Shown: in pieces, positions 28,038-39,423 of the stretch | How the letters are laid out: each line of letters starts with the position of its first letter | How positions within the stretch are numbered: the stretch's first letter is position 1 | DNA from: an uncultured Lentisphaeraceae bacterium | GTDB taxonomy: Bacteria > Verrucomicrobiota > Kiritimatiellia > RFP12 > UBA1067 | Assembly (NCBI GenBank): GCA_964406095.1 | Contig: CAYOQJ010000079.1 | Coordinates: 5,944 to 69,943 of the forward strand | Length of the DNA: 64,000 nt | Direction of reading: 5' to 3' | Notes under the pieces: model-generated | Told to the model about the DNA's origin: nothing | Databases searched by the model: none | Seen by the model: only the letters and a program-made list of their open reading frames with translations | Position numbers and translations under genes: made by a program

Positions 28038-28850
28038 CTACAGTTTTTTGGTTGGGGGTTTTTGAAGAGGCGGTTCCGGAAAGCGGCCCTCCAGTGCATC
28101 TTCACAGATTTTACGTGTGTCCTGGGGAAAGTCGTTTTTAATAATCCACTTGATGAAACCGGGATCACTCTGCACCAGATCGCGCAGTTTCTCACCTTTT
28201 TTGCGTCCGAAGTTGATTGTAACCTCGCTGTCAACCCAGCGCAGTCTGCCGGAGCGGTCGGTGTTGAATGGATCCAGCGGATTGAACAGCTTGTCGAGCG
28301 TCTCCATGTCACGCGGCAGGTCAGGATAACGGTTGAACTGTCCGATCAGCACATCGAGGGTGGCCTGCACATCAGCCTCCGCGCCGTGGGCGTTGGTATG
28401 TTCCTCGTCACAGTAGAACCTAAGTGCGGCACTCAGATCACGTGGTTCCCTGGTATGAAAAATTCGCTGAGCGTCGAGCAGACGGCGGCGGTCAGGATCA
28501 AAGGTTATTTCGGCCCGTTTAAACTCCTCGGCCAAGATGGGGATATCAAAACGTCCGGCATTGAAGCCGGAAAGATCGGCTTCTCCGAAAAAGGTCAGTA
28601 TTTCCAGGGCCTTGTCCTTGAAAGCAGGACAATCGCGGACTATTTCATCTGTGATGCCGTGGATCGCGATGCTCTCTTCGGGGATAGGCACTCCGGGGTT
28701 GAGCAGCCAGTAGCCTTTGTGCTGTGAACCATCCGGTTCAATCCGAATGGCGGCCAGTTCAATGATGCGGTCGGCACGCGGGCTGGTTCCGGTTGATTCG
28801 ATGTCGAAAACAATCAGCGGTTTATCGAGTTGGACGGGAAATAGAGTCAT
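28038..28850 (-). CDS. DnaQ-like (DEDDh) 3'-5' exonuclease with C-terminal extension
   Basis: Exo motifs VFDIESTG, IAIHGITDE and HGAEADVQAT. Start taken at MTLFPVQLD (the longer ORF overlaps the neighbouring gene). Confidence 0.75.
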   Translation of the reverse strand: MTLFPVQLDKPLIVFDIESTGTSPRADRIIELAAIRIEPDGSQHKGYWLLNPGVPIPEESIAIHGITDEIVRDCPAFKDKALEILTFFGEADLSGFNAGRFDIPILAEEFKRAEITFDPDRRRLLDAQRIFHTREPRDLSAALRFYCDEEHTNAHGAEADVQATLDVLIGQFNRYPDLPRDMETLDKLFNPLDPFNTDRSGRLRWVDSEVTINFGRKKGEKLRDLVQSDPGFIKWIIKNDFPQDTRKICEDALEGRFPEPPLQKPPTKKL

Positions 28851-28878
28851 AGTATTCTGTTCTGTTAAGGGTGTTGTC

Positions 28879-30648
28879 TTAGTTAAGTGATCTGTTATTA
28901 AAAAAGTCATCGAAATCGATCTTTTCCGGTTTGGTCGGTAGGGGTTGATCCCGGCGCATGGCTTCGTTAAGTTCGTTGACGCTTTCGGAGTCATACCACC
29001 AGTAGGTAACCAATGCGCGTTCATTGCCGTATTTGTCCAGTACGGTGGAGGGGGTGCCGAACTTGTTCCAGTAGAAGATGCGGGTGCGGTTGGTGTTCCA
29101 GAGCAGGATGTAAGGTACCTGATCGGTCAGGATTTTATCGATACGCCGACAGATGGCGTTGCGTTCGTTCAAGTTGAAATTGGTGCGCTGTTCGGCGATG
29201 AGCGCATCAACCGCCGGATTTTTAAAACCGGAATAGTTGTTACTGCCGGGAGTGTCGGCTTCGCTTGAAAGCCAGCTGAACTCCGGGTTGCGAAAGAGGC
29301 TGGCCCCCCAGGCCGCCCAGCTCATCTGAAAGTTGTGGGCATCCATGTCACGCACCCAGGCGGCCAGGTCTTTACGTTCGATCGACATTCTGATGCCGAC
29401 AGATTGCAGAGCGTTGTTGAAAAGTACCAGAAATTTGTCGGTGGCGGAGCTGCGTGTCAGAAAAGTGAATGCCAGTTCGCGTCCTTTACGCTCCAGAATT
29501 CCGGATTGGGGGTTCAATTTGAAGCCAGCTTCGCTGAGCAGCTGCCGCGCCTTGTCGACATTGAAATCGTAGAAGGTGTTTTCACAGGGATGGTCGCTGT
29601 CGTAAAGGTCTTCATAGTACGAGCGGTGCAGAAAGTATTCGTTGTACATCATGGTGCGGTTCATAGTCTCGCGGTCCAGCAGATGCGCAAGCGCTCTGCG
29701 AACACGCAAATCGTCAAAGGGGAATTTACGCATATTGAGCACAAAACCTTGAAAGCCGATCGGACTGTAGTTACGGACCTGCTGTTTGATAATCCAGTTG
29801 CGGGTGAATTTTTCGCCGGTGGTTTCGGTCATCCAGAGGCGTGCGGTGTAAACCGGATGAACATCGGTATAGCCTTTCTTAAGGGCTTCAACCGCGTTTT
29901 CCTGATCGACATAGTATTTAAAGACCAGATAGTCGAAATTGTACAGATTACAATTAGATATTTTGTCGGCTGCCCACCAATCCTTGCGCCGTTTCATGCG
30001 GGTTTCGATCGACTCTTTGATGCGGTCGACTGTGTAGGGTCCTGAAACAACCGCGTCCTGAAAATCCAGTTTAGCGAACTCGCATTTTGCAAAGGCATGC
30101 CGTGGCAGAACCTGAAAACCGCTCAATGACACCAGGTTGACCCAATGTGCCGATTTGGCTGTGAAGCGGATGGTGCGTTCATCCAGAATCTCGGGTGATT
30201 CAAATTTACCGTAAATCACCTTGTTGGGACCGGTGGGATTTTCCGGGGCCATGATGGTATCGAAGGTCCATTTAATATCAGAAGCTGTGATCGGTACGCC
30301 GTCACTCCACCGGGCTGACGGATCAATTTCGAAGGTATAGCAAAGTTTATCGTCGGATATACTCCACCGCCGGGCCAGAGCCGGTGTGAAATCAGCACTG
30401 AGCGGATCGGAGCCCAACAGAGAGCTGTACATCAGTCCGAAGAGCATAGCGGTATAGGAGTTATTATCGATATAATAATTCAGGCTTTTGGGGGCTTGCG
30501 CGGCGGAGAACCGTAGAGTTCCGCCTTTGACTGCGTAGGGGCTTGCGATCGGATCGGCGGTTTCAACCCAATCAGGTGCGGGAAACATCTGGTCAGAGCG
30601 GGTTGAAAGCGCCAGAGCGGCCGCCAGTGCTATGATTTTTACATACAT
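28879..30648 (-). CDS. ABC transporter substrate-binding protein, family 5 (oligopeptide/YejA-like)
   Basis: Signal peptide MYVKIIALAAALALS. Length about 590 aa. SBP_bac_5-type composition. Confidence 0.7.
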   Translation of the reverse strand: MYVKIIALAAALALSTRSDQMFPAPDWVETADPIASPYAVKGGTLRFSAAQAPKSLNYYIDNNSYTAMLFGLMYSSLLGSDPLSADFTPALARRWSISDDKLCYTFEIDPSARWSDGVPITASDIKWTFDTIMAPENPTGPNKVIYGKFESPEILDERTIRFTAKSAHWVNLVSLSGFQVLPRHAFAKCEFAKLDFQDAVVSGPYTVDRIKESIETRMKRRKDWWAADKISNCNLYNFDYLVFKYYVDQENAVEALKKGYTDVHPVYTARLWMTETTGEKFTRNWIIKQQVRNYSPIGFQGFVLNMRKFPFDDLRVRRALAHLLDRETMNRTMMYNEYFLHRSYYEDLYDSDHPCENTFYDFNVDKARQLLSEAGFKLNPQSGILERKGRELAFTFLTRSSATDKFLVLFNNALQSVGIRMSIERKDLAAWVRDMDAHNFQMSWAAWGASLFRNPEFSWLSSEADTPGSNNYSGFKNPAVDALIAEQRTNFNLNERNAICRRIDKILTDQVPYILLWNTNRTRIFYWNKFGTPSTVLDKYGNERALVTYWWYDSESVNELNEAMRRDQPLPTKPEKIDFDDFFNNRSLN

Positions 30649-30650
30649 GT

Positions 30651-31877
30651 TTAGCGTTTAAGCACCTTGCTGATCCGTGTCATGGCCTTTTCGACATTTT
30701 CACGGCTGTTGAACGCGCTGATCCGAATGAATCCTCTACCGCATCTGCCGAAACCGGCACCGGGGGTGGTTACGACAGCGGCGCGGTTCAGCAGGCGATC
30801 AAAGAATTTCCAGGAATCACGGTGAGCATCGATCCAAATATAGGGACTGTTTTTACCGCCGGTGACGGGATATTCCAAGGAGAGCATTGTTTCACGGACA
30901 ATTGCGGCGTTTGCCAGATAGAAATCAATCAGACCACGCACCTGTTCTTTGCCTGCAGGCGAGTAAACCGCTTCGGCTGCGCGTTGTACCGGGTAGGAGA
31001 CGCCGTTGAATTTGGTTGAGTGACGTCTGTTCCACATAGCGTGCAGCGCGACCGGTTCACCTGAGCGCGTGAAACCCTGCAGATTCTTAGGCACCACGGT
31101 ATAGGCGCAGCGGGTTCCCGTAAACCCGGCTACCTTCGAAAAACTGCGGAATTCAATAGCTACATCTCGGGCACCCTCTATTTCATAGATGCTGTGTGGT
31201 ATCTCAGGATCACGAATAAAGGCTTCATAAGCGGCGTCAAAACAGATGAGCGCCTTGTTCTCCCGTGCGTAATCCACCCATTTTTTCAACTCAGTGCGGG
31301 TGGCGGTGGCGCCGGTCGGGTTGTTGGGAAAACAGAGATAGATCAGATCAACCGGCTGCTCAGGCAAAGATGGAATAAAATTGTTCTCTGTGGTACATGG
31401 CAGATATATCAGCTTTTTGTAGCGACCGCGTGCGCACTTGCCTGTACGACCTGCCATGACATTGGTGTCAACGTAAACGGGATAGACTGGATCGGAGACA
31501 GCCACAGTGATGCGTGTGCTGAAAAGCTCCTGGATGTTGCCGGTGTCACATTTGGCGCCATCACTGACAAATATCTCATCAGGCGCGATCTCGGCACCGC
31601 GTGCTTGAAAATCATGACGGGCGATAGCTTCACGCAGGAAGTCGTAGCCCTGCTCCGGACCGTATCCGCGGAAGGTTGCACGCTCTGCTAGCTCATCAAC
31701 CGCCTGATGCATCGCCGCGACACAAGCTGGCGGCAGCGGTTCGGTCACATCGCCTATCCCAAGGCGTATCAGCTCTTTGTCGGGATTGGCCTGTTGGTAG
31801 TTTTTAACTCTCTTAGCGATGTCGGAAAAGAGGTAGGATGCTTCAAGTTTCATATAGTTTTCATTAACGATTATCAT
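30651..31877 (-). CDS. dapL: LL-diaminopimelate aminotransferase
   Basis: N-terminus [19 protein letters not shown]...[11 protein letters not shown] resembles recalled plant/Chlamydia DapL sequence; no alignment was run. Class I/II aminotransferase fold. Start taken at MIIVNENY. Confidence 0.8.
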   Translation of the reverse strand: MIIVNENYMKLEASYLFSDIAKRVKNYQQANPDKELIRLGIGDVTEPLPPACVAAMHQAVDELAERATFRGYGPEQGYDFLREAIARHDFQARGAEIAPDEIFVSDGAKCDTGNIQELFSTRITVAVSDPVYPVYVDTNVMAGRTGKCARGRYKKLIYLPCTTENNFIPSLPEQPVDLIYLCFPNNPTGATATRTELKKWVDYARENKALICFDAAYEAFIRDPEIPHSIYEIEGARDVAIEFRSFSKVAGFTGTRCAYTVVPKNLQGFTRSGEPVALHAMWNRRHSTKFNGVSYPVQRAAEAVYSPAGKEQVRGLIDFYLANAAIVRETMLSLEYPVTGGKNSPYIWIDAHRDSWKFFDRLLNRAAVVTTPGAGFGRCGRGFIRISAFNSRENVEKAMTRISKVLKR

Positions 31878-31936
31878 AATGGATTTATCCTTTCGTCGTT
31901 TTTTTTGATTTAAATCATCCGGGTTGATCCGCGTTT

Positions 31937-32872
31937 TCATCTAGCGGGAGGTTGTTTTCTTTTGACAGGGGTCAATACCCAGCGTTTGTTATACCAAAAC
32001 CATTGTTCGGGTTCACTGCGTATAAAAGCATCGATCTGACTGATCACTTTCTGCGTCATATTTCTGATATTCTCATCTTTGGTCAGTGCGGGATCCGGCA
32101 TAATTGTCTCAAAACGTTCGCCCGTGTGATTCGCCAATCCATAACGCTTGAATACGGCTGGTATGATCGGTACATTGGCAGTCAGCGCAAACTGAGCCAT
32201 GCCACGTCCAAGATTGGCATTGCCACCGAGGAAGTGGATTTCCAGATCGGGTTCGTACATGCGTACATCCGGCAGTATCGCCAGAACATGCCCCTGTCGT
32301 AAAAGACGTAACAGCCGTTTCAGCGTGCCACTTGCGCCACGATCAAGCATAATCATGCCGTTTTCACGCTGACGGTTGATCCAACGGTTGACCAGTGGAT
32401 TCTTTTGCTTGCCGCCGATACTAATCATAGGAATGCCGTATTGGTGGCAGGCCCATCCAGCTAAATCCCAGTTGCCGGTATGCGGTACCGCGATGATCGC
32501 GCCGCCGTGTTCTTTGATGATGGTGTGAACCTCGGCGATCTTTGCGCTGAAATCCGGTATATGTGTGTCGATCCAGTGTCTGTCGATGCGGTTGGCACGC
32601 ATCATCTCAATTATATTCAATATCAGGTTACGCAGTGAGATTCTGGCAATAAACAGGGCACGTCTGCGTGAAAGTGCTTCTCCGAAAACCGCTTGCAGCC
32701 GACGGAGTGTCTCCTTTCTTCGAAAACGGATAACATGAAACATGAAACGGGCGATACCGCAGCCGACCAGCAGGGCACAACGGTAAGGCAACCCATTGCA
32801 GAGCAACGCGAAGAATCGCAACACTGCGTATTCAGCTATGTGTTTAAGTCGATAACGCATAAAAAAAAACAT
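31937..32872 (-). CDS. lpxL: Lipid A biosynthesis (Kdo2-lipid IVA) acyltransferase, LpxL/LpxM family
   Basis: HX4D acyltransferase motif [10 protein letters not shown]. About 310 aa. Confidence 0.7.
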   Translation of the reverse strand: MFFFMRYRLKHIAEYAVLRFFALLCNGLPYRCALLVGCGIARFMFHVIRFRRKETLRRLQAVFGEALSRRRALFIARISLRNLILNIIEMMRANRIDRHWIDTHIPDFSAKIAEVHTIIKEHGGAIIAVPHTGNWDLAGWACHQYGIPMISIGGKQKNPLVNRWINRQRENGMIMLDRGASGTLKRLLRLLRQGHVLAILPDVRMYEPDLEIHFLGGNANLGRGMAQFALTANVPIIPAVFKRYGLANHTGERFETIMPDPALTKDENIRNMTQKVISQIDAFIRSEPEQWFWYNKRWVLTPVKRKQPPAR

Positions 32873-32992
32873 TCTAGCAGGAGTATAACAAAATTTCGAG
32901 TGTAAAAAGAGATATGCGAAAACCGGTTTAGGTTTGATAAGAGGATGTTTTTTTGTTTAAATCAACCTGTTTATTTTGAAAGGGATACTTAT

Positions 32993-34048
32993 ATGAGTGA
33001 AGTGGACAGGGGAAGACGCTCTTTAGGCTGCGGATACGGATGCCTGCTGCTACTGGCGGTTTTTGCGGGGATTTTCGCCGCATTTTTCGCGCTGTTCTGG
33101 TTCGGTGTGCAGCGCGGAGCTTTTGAGACGAGTGAGTTTCAACGTCAGTTTGCCGGTGCCGTTCAATATGGTGGCTATGATCAGTTTCCAAGGATGACGG
33201 AAAAGTGGAGCTCTGGTTCCGGCACCACCAAGGTTGTGCGAATTCCCGTTTACGGCATGATAATGTTTGCGCAGCAGGGTATGTGGGGTGCCCGCGGTGC
33301 TGAAAGTGTCCTGCGCTCAATCAGGCGGGCCACCCATGATCTCCAGGTAAAGGCGATCATACTGGAGGTCAATAGCGGCGGTGGCGGGATCACGGCCAGC
33401 GATATAATTTACAAAGAACTGCAGGACTTCAAACAGGTCGATCCTGAACGCAGAATCGTGACCGTGATGGGTGATATCGCCGCATCGGGAGCCTATTACA
33501 TTTCACTGCCATCGGATTGTATCATTGCGCATCCTACAACTGTGACCGGTTCAATCGGTGTGATTATGCAATCATACAATATCAAAGAGCTTGCAGCTAA
33601 ACTGGGCATCAGGGACATTACTGTCAAATCCGGTGAAAATAAGGATTTCTTCAATCCCTTTAAGGATATCGACCCTGAACAGGTTGCTATCATGCAACAG
33701 GTTATCGAAAGGATGCACCAACGTTTTATTACTCTGGTTTCAGAGAATCGCGACCTTTCAAGGGATGCGGTTGCTGAATTGGCGGATGGTCGTGTTTTTT
33801 TGGCGGATGAAGCGGTGAGCAACGGTTTGATCGACGAAATTGGTTATTATCAGAGTGCCGAAGCGAAGGTTGCAGAGTTGCTGGATGTTGAAAAGGTGAA
33901 AGTTTACCGTTATGAGGAGCAACTCTCGCTCGGTGATATTTTCAGGGGAGGGCCGGGTATCGGTACCCGCTTGCATGAATTGCTGCGTGGTGAAACGTCC
34001 GCCTCCGGTTTGATGTATCTCTGGCAGCCCTTCGCTGTCGGCGAGTGA
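32993..34048 (+). CDS. sppA: Signal peptide peptidase SppA (S49 family, 36K type)
   Basis: Motif GSIGVIMQSYNIKELAAKLGI. TM N-terminus. Start taken at MSEVDRG. Confidence 0.8.
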   Translation: MSEVDRGRRSLGCGYGCLLLLAVFAGIFAAFFALFWFGVQRGAFETSEFQRQFAGAVQYGGYDQFPRMTEKWSSGSGTTKVVRIPVYGMIMFAQQGMWGARGAESVLRSIRRATHDLQVKAIILEVNSGGGGITASDIIYKELQDFKQVDPERRIVTVMGDIAASGAYYISLPSDCIIAHPTTVTGSIGVIMQSYNIKELAAKLGIRDITVKSGENKDFFNPFKDIDPEQVAIMQQVIERMHQRFITLVSENRDLSRDAVAELADGRVFLADEAVSNGLIDEIGYYQSAEAKVAELLDVEKVKVYRYEEQLSLGDIFRGGPGIGTRLHELLRGETSASGLMYLWQPFAVGE

Positions 34049-34069
34049 GATTATCTTCCATTTGACGGA

Positions 34070-36367
34070 GTGGGGTTCAGGGGTTTGCGCATGCGGTTCG
34101 CCCAGGGTCAATATGTACACATGGTGGGCATTTGCGGAGTCGGCATGGCCGGACTGGCGCGTCTGCTGCATGCGCACGGTTGTGTTGTCAGTGGTTGTGA
34201 TGTCGAGCTGAACACATTGGCGGATGATTTGCGCGAAAGCGGTGTGGCTGTGGCGCAGGGGCACGCTTTGGAGCATATTGACTATCTGCCGGACGATGCG
34301 GTGATTGTGGTTACACCGGCTGTGCCAGCTGATGAAGATGAGCTTCTTGGTGCCCGTCGGCGTGGACTGGAAATTTTTTCGCGAGGCCAGGTGCTGGCTG
34401 CATTGACTTCTGTGCGTGACAGTGTGGCCATCTGCGGAACACATGGAAAAACCACTACCAGCTGTTTCACCGCCCGCCTTTTTCAAGAACTGGGTGCGAA
34501 TCCCGACTGGTGTATCGGCGGCTGCACTGTGACACTCGGAACGGTTGCCGGGGCGGATCATAACGATCTGCTGATTGCAGAGGCGGACGAAAGCGACGGC
34601 ACTCTGCGTTGTTATTCGCCTGTGACAACTGTTCTGCTCAATGTCGATATCGATCATCTGGAACATTTTACGGGAGAGTCAGAGCTGATTGCATGTTACA
34701 GTATGGCAGTTCGGCAGACCAGGGATGTGGTTTGCGTAAATCGTGATGACCAACGTGCCTGGCGTATCGCACAGGATTACGACGGCGGCACCCTGAGCTT
34801 TGGGTTTCACGCGGAGGCGCGGCTGCGGGCAATTGAGATAGATGTTTCCGGCAACCTCTCCGGTTTCAAAGTAATTTACGACGGTTGTGAGAGTGCACCG
34901 ATCAGAATCGGTGTGGGGGGGCGGCACAATATCACCAATGCTCTGGGTGCGGTGGCGGCGGCACTGTCGCGCGGTTTCGATCTGCATGCGATTTGCGCGG
35001 CGTTGCCGCAGGCTTGCAATGAGTTGCCGATCCGCCGCTTTGAGTCAATAGGGGCGCTTGATGGTGTGCGCTATGTAGCTGACTACGCACATCACCCAAC
35101 TGAAATTCGCGTTGCGACAGGCATGGCGCTTGACTGCGCGGCACTCCGGGTTGTGACAGTATTCCAACCGCATCGTTATACCCGCACACGTGCATTAGGA
35201 GCTGATTTTCCTGAGGCATTCGCTGGAGTGGATGAAGTTGTGTTGCTGCCGGTGTATGCGGCATCGGAGCAACCGCTGCGCGGCGGTTGTGCCTGCAACC
35301 TCTATGCCGCTTTCAGAGAGCACCTGCCCCAGCTGCTACTAACCTATACCTCCGGATTGGAAGAGTGTGCCGGTTATCTCCGGCGCAGCTGCCGCAGTGG
35401 TGATCTGGTGATGCTGATCGGTGCTGGCGATGTAATAAAGTTGAAACAGATGATTTTCACCGATGCGGCTTCGATTGACGGAGAGTTTTATCAGACTCTG
35501 GCTCAACTGGCCGGTGAATCGTTCAGTCAGGTTGCGCAATTGACCGGATTCTCGGTTTTCCCAACACGCGGCACTGGAAATGCGGTTTACGTACATTCTA
35601 CGACGACACTTCAACGGGTTGTCGAGTTATGCCGCAAATTCAAGGTCAAGTGCCGCCCTGCCGGGCTAGGATTCAACACGCTCATCAGTGACTGTGGTTA
35701 CGATGGTCTGCTTGTGCGGCTTGCCGGCGATGAGTTTGAAAGTGTTGTCATAAACGGAACTCGGGTGCGAGCTGGCGGCGGTGTCAGTGCTGCGCGGCTG
35801 CTTGACGCTCTGCAGGGCGCCGGTCTGACCGGCTTGGAGTTTATGGAGGGTATTCCCGGAACTTTGGGAGGATGGCTTGCAATGAATGCCGGAGCGCACG
35901 GTAATCAACTGGGTGACCACGTGAAGGAGCTTGAAATGGTCACCTTCGATGGCAGAGCGGTGAGTCGCGGCGCGGATGAGTGCGGTTTTGAATATCGAAA
36001 TTGCCGGGCATTGGAAAATGCTTTTGCGGTCGGCTGTACACTTGAGTTGCAAAAAACAGACCAAAGTGAGGTTGCAAGTGCCCGCCGCGAGATTCGCAAT
36101 CGGCGTATTCCGCTGCAAGGATTGCGAACGGCGGGCTCTGTTTTCAAGAATCCGCCTGGCGATTATGCCGGACGTCTGCTTGAAAATTCCGGCTGCAAAG
36201 CATTGCGTGTAGGTGGTGCCTTTGTTACCGATTTTCACGCCAATATAGTGGCTGTCGACGACACAGGCACAGCTTCGGATGTTATGGCACTGGTGCAAAT
36301 TATGCGTGAACGTGTCAGATTTGATGCCAAGGTAGAGTTGCAATGTGAGATCAAAGGAGTCTGGTGA
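34070..36367 (+). CDS. murC: Fusion protein: UDP-N-acetylmuramate--L-alanine ligase (MurC) / UDP-N-acetylenolpyruvoylglucosamine reductase (MurB)
   Basis: N-terminal MurC motifs GICGVGMAGLA and ICGTHGKTTT. C-terminal MurB motifs GIPGTLGGWLAMNAGAHG, AGSVFKNP and GGAFVTDFHANIVAV. Single 765-aa ORF. Confidence 0.85.
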   Translation: MGFRGLRMRFAQGQYVHMVGICGVGMAGLARLLHAHGCVVSGCDVELNTLADDLRESGVAVAQGHALEHIDYLPDDAVIVVTPAVPADEDELLGARRRGLEIFSRGQVLAALTSVRDSVAICGTHGKTTTSCFTARLFQELGANPDWCIGGCTVTLGTVAGADHNDLLIAEADESDGTLRCYSPVTTVLLNVDIDHLEHFTGESELIACYSMAVRQTRDVVCVNRDDQRAWRIAQDYDGGTLSFGFHAEARLRAIEIDVSGNLSGFKVIYDGCESAPIRIGVGGRHNITNALGAVAAALSRGFDLHAICAALPQACNELPIRRFESIGALDGVRYVADYAHHPTEIRVATGMALDCAALRVVTVFQPHRYTRTRALGADFPEAFAGVDEVVLLPVYAASEQPLRGGCACNLYAAFREHLPQLLLTYTSGLEECAGYLRRSCRSGDLVMLIGAGDVIKLKQMIFTDAASIDGEFYQTLAQLAGESFSQVAQLTGFSVFPTRGTGNAVYVHSTTTLQRVVELCRKFKVKCRPAGLGFNTLISDCGYDGLLVRLAGDEFESVVINGTRVRAGGGVSAARLLDALQGAGLTGLEFMEGIPGTLGGWLAMNAGAHGNQLGDHVKELEMVTFDGRAVSRGADECGFEYRNCRALENAFAVGCTLELQKTDQSEVASARREIRNRRIPLQGLRTAGSVFKNPPGDYAGRLLENSGCKALRVGGAFVTDFHANIVAVDDTGTASDVMALVQIMRERVRFDAKVELQCEIKGVW

Positions 36368-37263
36368 TGCTTAAAGTTGCTGTGTTAATGGGGGGGACTT
36401 CGCAGGAGCGAGAGATATCAATTAAATCAGGCCAGGCTGTGGCAGCGGCACTGGAACGCAAGGGTTATCAGACGCTGTCGGTTGTTCTGAATGAGGATAG
36501 TCTGACCGCATTGCCTGATGGTGTCGATGCTGTTTTTATCGCTCTGCATGGCGGTTATGGTGAAAACGGCGGAGTTCAGGCTGATCTGGATGCACGCGGC
36601 ATAGCCTACACAGGGTCGGGTGTCGCTGCCAGCCGTCTGGCAATGGACAAAATTGCTACCAAAAAACTGCTGGCTGCTGCCGATATTCCCACAGCCGAGT
36701 GGGAGGTTTTAAGATGCGGTCAAGCATTGCGCAAGTTAAATTTTCCGGTTGTTGTGAAACCGCCCCGTGAGGGCTCCAGTGTGGGGGTTGCCAAAGTGAA
36801 CGCGGCTGACGAACTGCCGATTGCTTTGTCTGCAGCCTGTGCAGCCGATGCGCTGGGTGAGGCTTTGGTCGAACGCTACATTGCGGGGCGTGAATGGACT
36901 GTTGGCATCATCGGTGAAGAGGTGTTGCCAGTGGTGGAGATTTTGGCACCGGATGGCTGGTATGGATTTGAAGCAAAATATACCCAGGGCCTTTCACATT
37001 TCGGGTTTCCTGATCCAAAAGCCGAGGCTCCGCTGATCGACGAAGCGCAACGCCGGGCACTCTTAGCATACGATGTTCTGGGGTGCCGAGGGGTGGCCCG
37101 TGTGGATTTTCGCATAACTCCGGACGGCACCTGTTCGGTGCTGGAGTTAAACACCGTTCCGGGAATGACATCAACCAGTCTTCTGCCGCGTGCGGCAGCT
37201 CGAGCCGGTCTGGATTTTGATGATCTCTGTTCAAAGCTGGTTGAGTTATCAGCCCACGATTGA
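36364..37263 (+). CDS. ddl: D-alanine--D-alanine ligase
   Basis: N-terminus KVAVLMGGTSQEREISIKSG. ATP-grasp motifs. 4-bp overlap with murC/B. Confidence 0.9.
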   Translation: MMLKVAVLMGGTSQEREISIKSGQAVAAALERKGYQTLSVVLNEDSLTALPDGVDAVFIALHGGYGENGGVQADLDARGIAYTGSGVAASRLAMDKIATKKLLAAADIPTAEWEVLRCGQALRKLNFPVVVKPPREGSSVGVAKVNAADELPIALSAACAADALGEALVERYIAGREWTVGIIGEEVLPVVEILAPDGWYGFEAKYTQGLSHFGFPDPKAEAPLIDEAQRRALLAYDVLGCRGVARVDFRITPDGTCSVLELNTVPGMTSTSLLPRAAARAGLDFDDLCSKLVELSAHD

Positions 37264-37296
37264 TATTATAAGAAATGGATCAACACGGACATCGCA

Positions 37297-38205
37297 GTGA
37301 AATTTGAGTTACTCAGAAATATTTTCAGATCAGGCGGAAAATCCGCGGCACCGCAAAACGCAAAAAACAGCGCACGGGCAAAATCCCGCTCGCGTCGCGG
37401 TGGTCGTCGCGGTTCGGAAATGCCATCTTGGGTCAGAAAGGTATTGAAATTCAGTGCGGTGCTTCTGACCGTAATCCTGATTTTGGCGGTGTTACAGCAA
37501 GCTTTTTACAGCTTTTACTTTCGTTCGAACTCCCTGTTTGTCCTCAAGGATACAAAGAAGAATGTCAATATAGATACTGGCAAAACGGTAACCTCCGATC
37601 TGATCAAAGAGTTTTTGGGCATTCAGGAGGGTGTCAACCTCTTTTCGATCGATGTTGATGCCAAGCGGACTGAGCTGTTGCGTATAGCACCCAGCATCAA
37701 GGATATTGTGATTGTCAGACGTATGCCCGATATTTTAGATGTTTCCATTATCGAAAGAGATCCGGTGGTGTGTATCGGTCAGGATGGACGGGTTGCTGAT
37801 GAAGCGGGCGTTGTTTTTGTGCGCTATAAAAACACCGATGGACTGCCGATAATAATTCACTCTTCCGGCAACAGGAAGGCCCGGCCGGGTGACCGCCTGA
37901 GCGCGATGGATTTGGCGGCGGTTAAGTTGGTTGCATCCACTTTCCGCCCTGAGTGCAAATTACGTATGCACACCCTCGATTCATCATTCACCCGGTATAT
38001 AAAACTCACATTTCATGATGGACGTACGGCTAAAATAGCCTGGCAGGATATGACGGAGTTTAATAAAAACTCATACCGCAAGATGATCAGGCAGTATGAT
38101 AATCTGGTACAGTGTATGATTTCAGATGTCGGAAAAATACATTATGCCTGGGATGCCCAGCTCGAACGACGTATCTTCGGAAAACGACGCAATTTCACAG
38201 AGTAG
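37297..38205 (+). CDS. ftsQ: Cell division protein FtsQ (POTRA domain)
   Basis: Basic N-terminus, a single TM helix, then a POTRA-like segment (LFSIDVDAKRTELLRIAPSIKDIVIVRRMPDILDVSIIERDPV). Confidence 0.7.
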   Translation: MKFELLRNIFRSGGKSAAPQNAKNSARAKSRSRRGGRRGSEMPSWVRKVLKFSAVLLTVILILAVLQQAFYSFYFRSNSLFVLKDTKKNVNIDTGKTVTSDLIKEFLGIQEGVNLFSIDVDAKRTELLRIAPSIKDIVIVRRMPDILDVSIIERDPVVCIGQDGRVADEAGVVFVRYKNTDGLPIIIHSSGNRKARPGDRLSAMDLAAVKLVASTFRPECKLRMHTLDSSFTRYIKLTFHDGRTAKIAWQDMTEFNKNSYRKMIRQYDNLVQCMISDVGKIHYAWDAQLERRIFGKRRNFTE

Positions 38206-38214
38206 GAGATAACA

Positions 38215-39420
38215 TTGAAAAAAGACCCGATAGCTGTGCTGGAAGTAGGCACATCCCGCACAGTTGTTTGTGTGGGAGAACCCGACGACAACGGTAATAT
38301 CCGATTGACCGGCATGGGCAGTTTCCCAACTAACGGAGTGCGCAAAGGCCAGATAATCGATTTTAAAAAGGTCGCCAACGGAGTTGAGGCGGCCCGTGTG
38401 CAGGCAGAGGATGAATCGGAAATAAATATCTGGCAGGTGCATCTGGCGGTGGCCGGCGCGCATATCACTGCGCAGCCGCACATGGAAAGAGTTGCCATCC
38501 AGGCGGTAGATAAAATTGTTTCATCCGATGACATTGAGGAGCTGGATGATATTCTGAGTGAACCGGTGCTGGATGCAGAGCGCGTTTTGCTGCATACTTT
38601 GAACCAATACTGGGATGTCGATGACCAGAACGGCATTGCCAATCCGGAAGGTATGCGATGTAATATGCTGTCGCGCAACGCTCTGGTTGTCAGCGGGCTG
38701 CAGAATCGCGTGGATAATTTCAAGCAGGTGGTAGCCGATCTAAAGATGGATGTGGTTGATGTTGTTTTTGATGGTGTGGCGGCTTCGCGGGCGGTTCTCA
38801 GCACCGCGCAGAAACGCGATGGTGTCGTGCTGATTGATCTCGGGGCAGGTACCACCTCGGTCATGGTTTTTCAGAATCAGGTGGTTACAGAGCTCTTTTG
38901 TCTTGGGGTTGGAGGTGACCACGTGACATACGATATCGCCTGCGGTTTCAATATAAACTGGGCCAAAGCCGAAGAGATCAAATGTAAATTCGGGCGCGCC
39001 ACTTTGGATGCGCAATCTGCTCAGGAACGTATTAAAATTCCAGGACGTGAAACTTTTGGGCCTGATTCGATCAATGCCAAGTCACTCCAGGTCATTATCA
39101 ATGCCCGCATGGATGAGATATTTAAAATTACTAAAGACCGTCTGCAGGAAGCAGGCTTGATGTTCAATCTTGGTGCAGGTCTGGTACTGACCGGCGGTGG
39201 TGCGGCACTCACTGATATTGAAAGTCTCGCACAACGGGTTTTCAATTTGCCCTGCCATAAGGGTAAAATCCTCAATGTTGACGGTTTTTCCGAATACGGT
39301 GATCCCGAGTCCTACGCAACTGTTGCGGGATTGCTCCGATATGCGTACGATGCGTTGGAAACGAAGAAAAATAGCAGAGGAATCTGGGGCAGGTTCTCCG
39401 AAAAATTCCTGGGAAAATAA
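38215..39420 (+). CDS. ftsA: Cell division protein FtsA
   Basis: Actin-like ATPase motifs (AVLEVGTSRTVVCVG, LIDLGAGTTSV). TTG start 7 nt after AGGAG. Confidence 0.85.
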   Translation: MKKDPIAVLEVGTSRTVVCVGEPDDNGNIRLTGMGSFPTNGVRKGQIIDFKKVANGVEAARVQAEDESEINIWQVHLAVAGAHITAQPHMERVAIQAVDKIVSSDDIEELDDILSEPVLDAERVLLHTLNQYWDVDDQNGIANPEGMRCNMLSRNALVVSGLQNRVDNFKQVVADLKMDVVDVVFDGVAASRAVLSTAQKRDGVVLIDLGAGTTSVMVFQNQVVTELFCLGVGGDHVTYDIACGFNINWAKAEEIKCKFGRATLDAQSAQERIKIPGRETFGPDSINAKSLQVIINARMDEIFKITKDRLQEAGLMFNLGAGLVLTGGGAALTDIESLAQRVFNLPCHKGKILNVDGFSEYGDPESYATVAGLLRYAYDALETKKNSRGIWGRFSEKFLGK

Positions 39421-39423
39421 TTT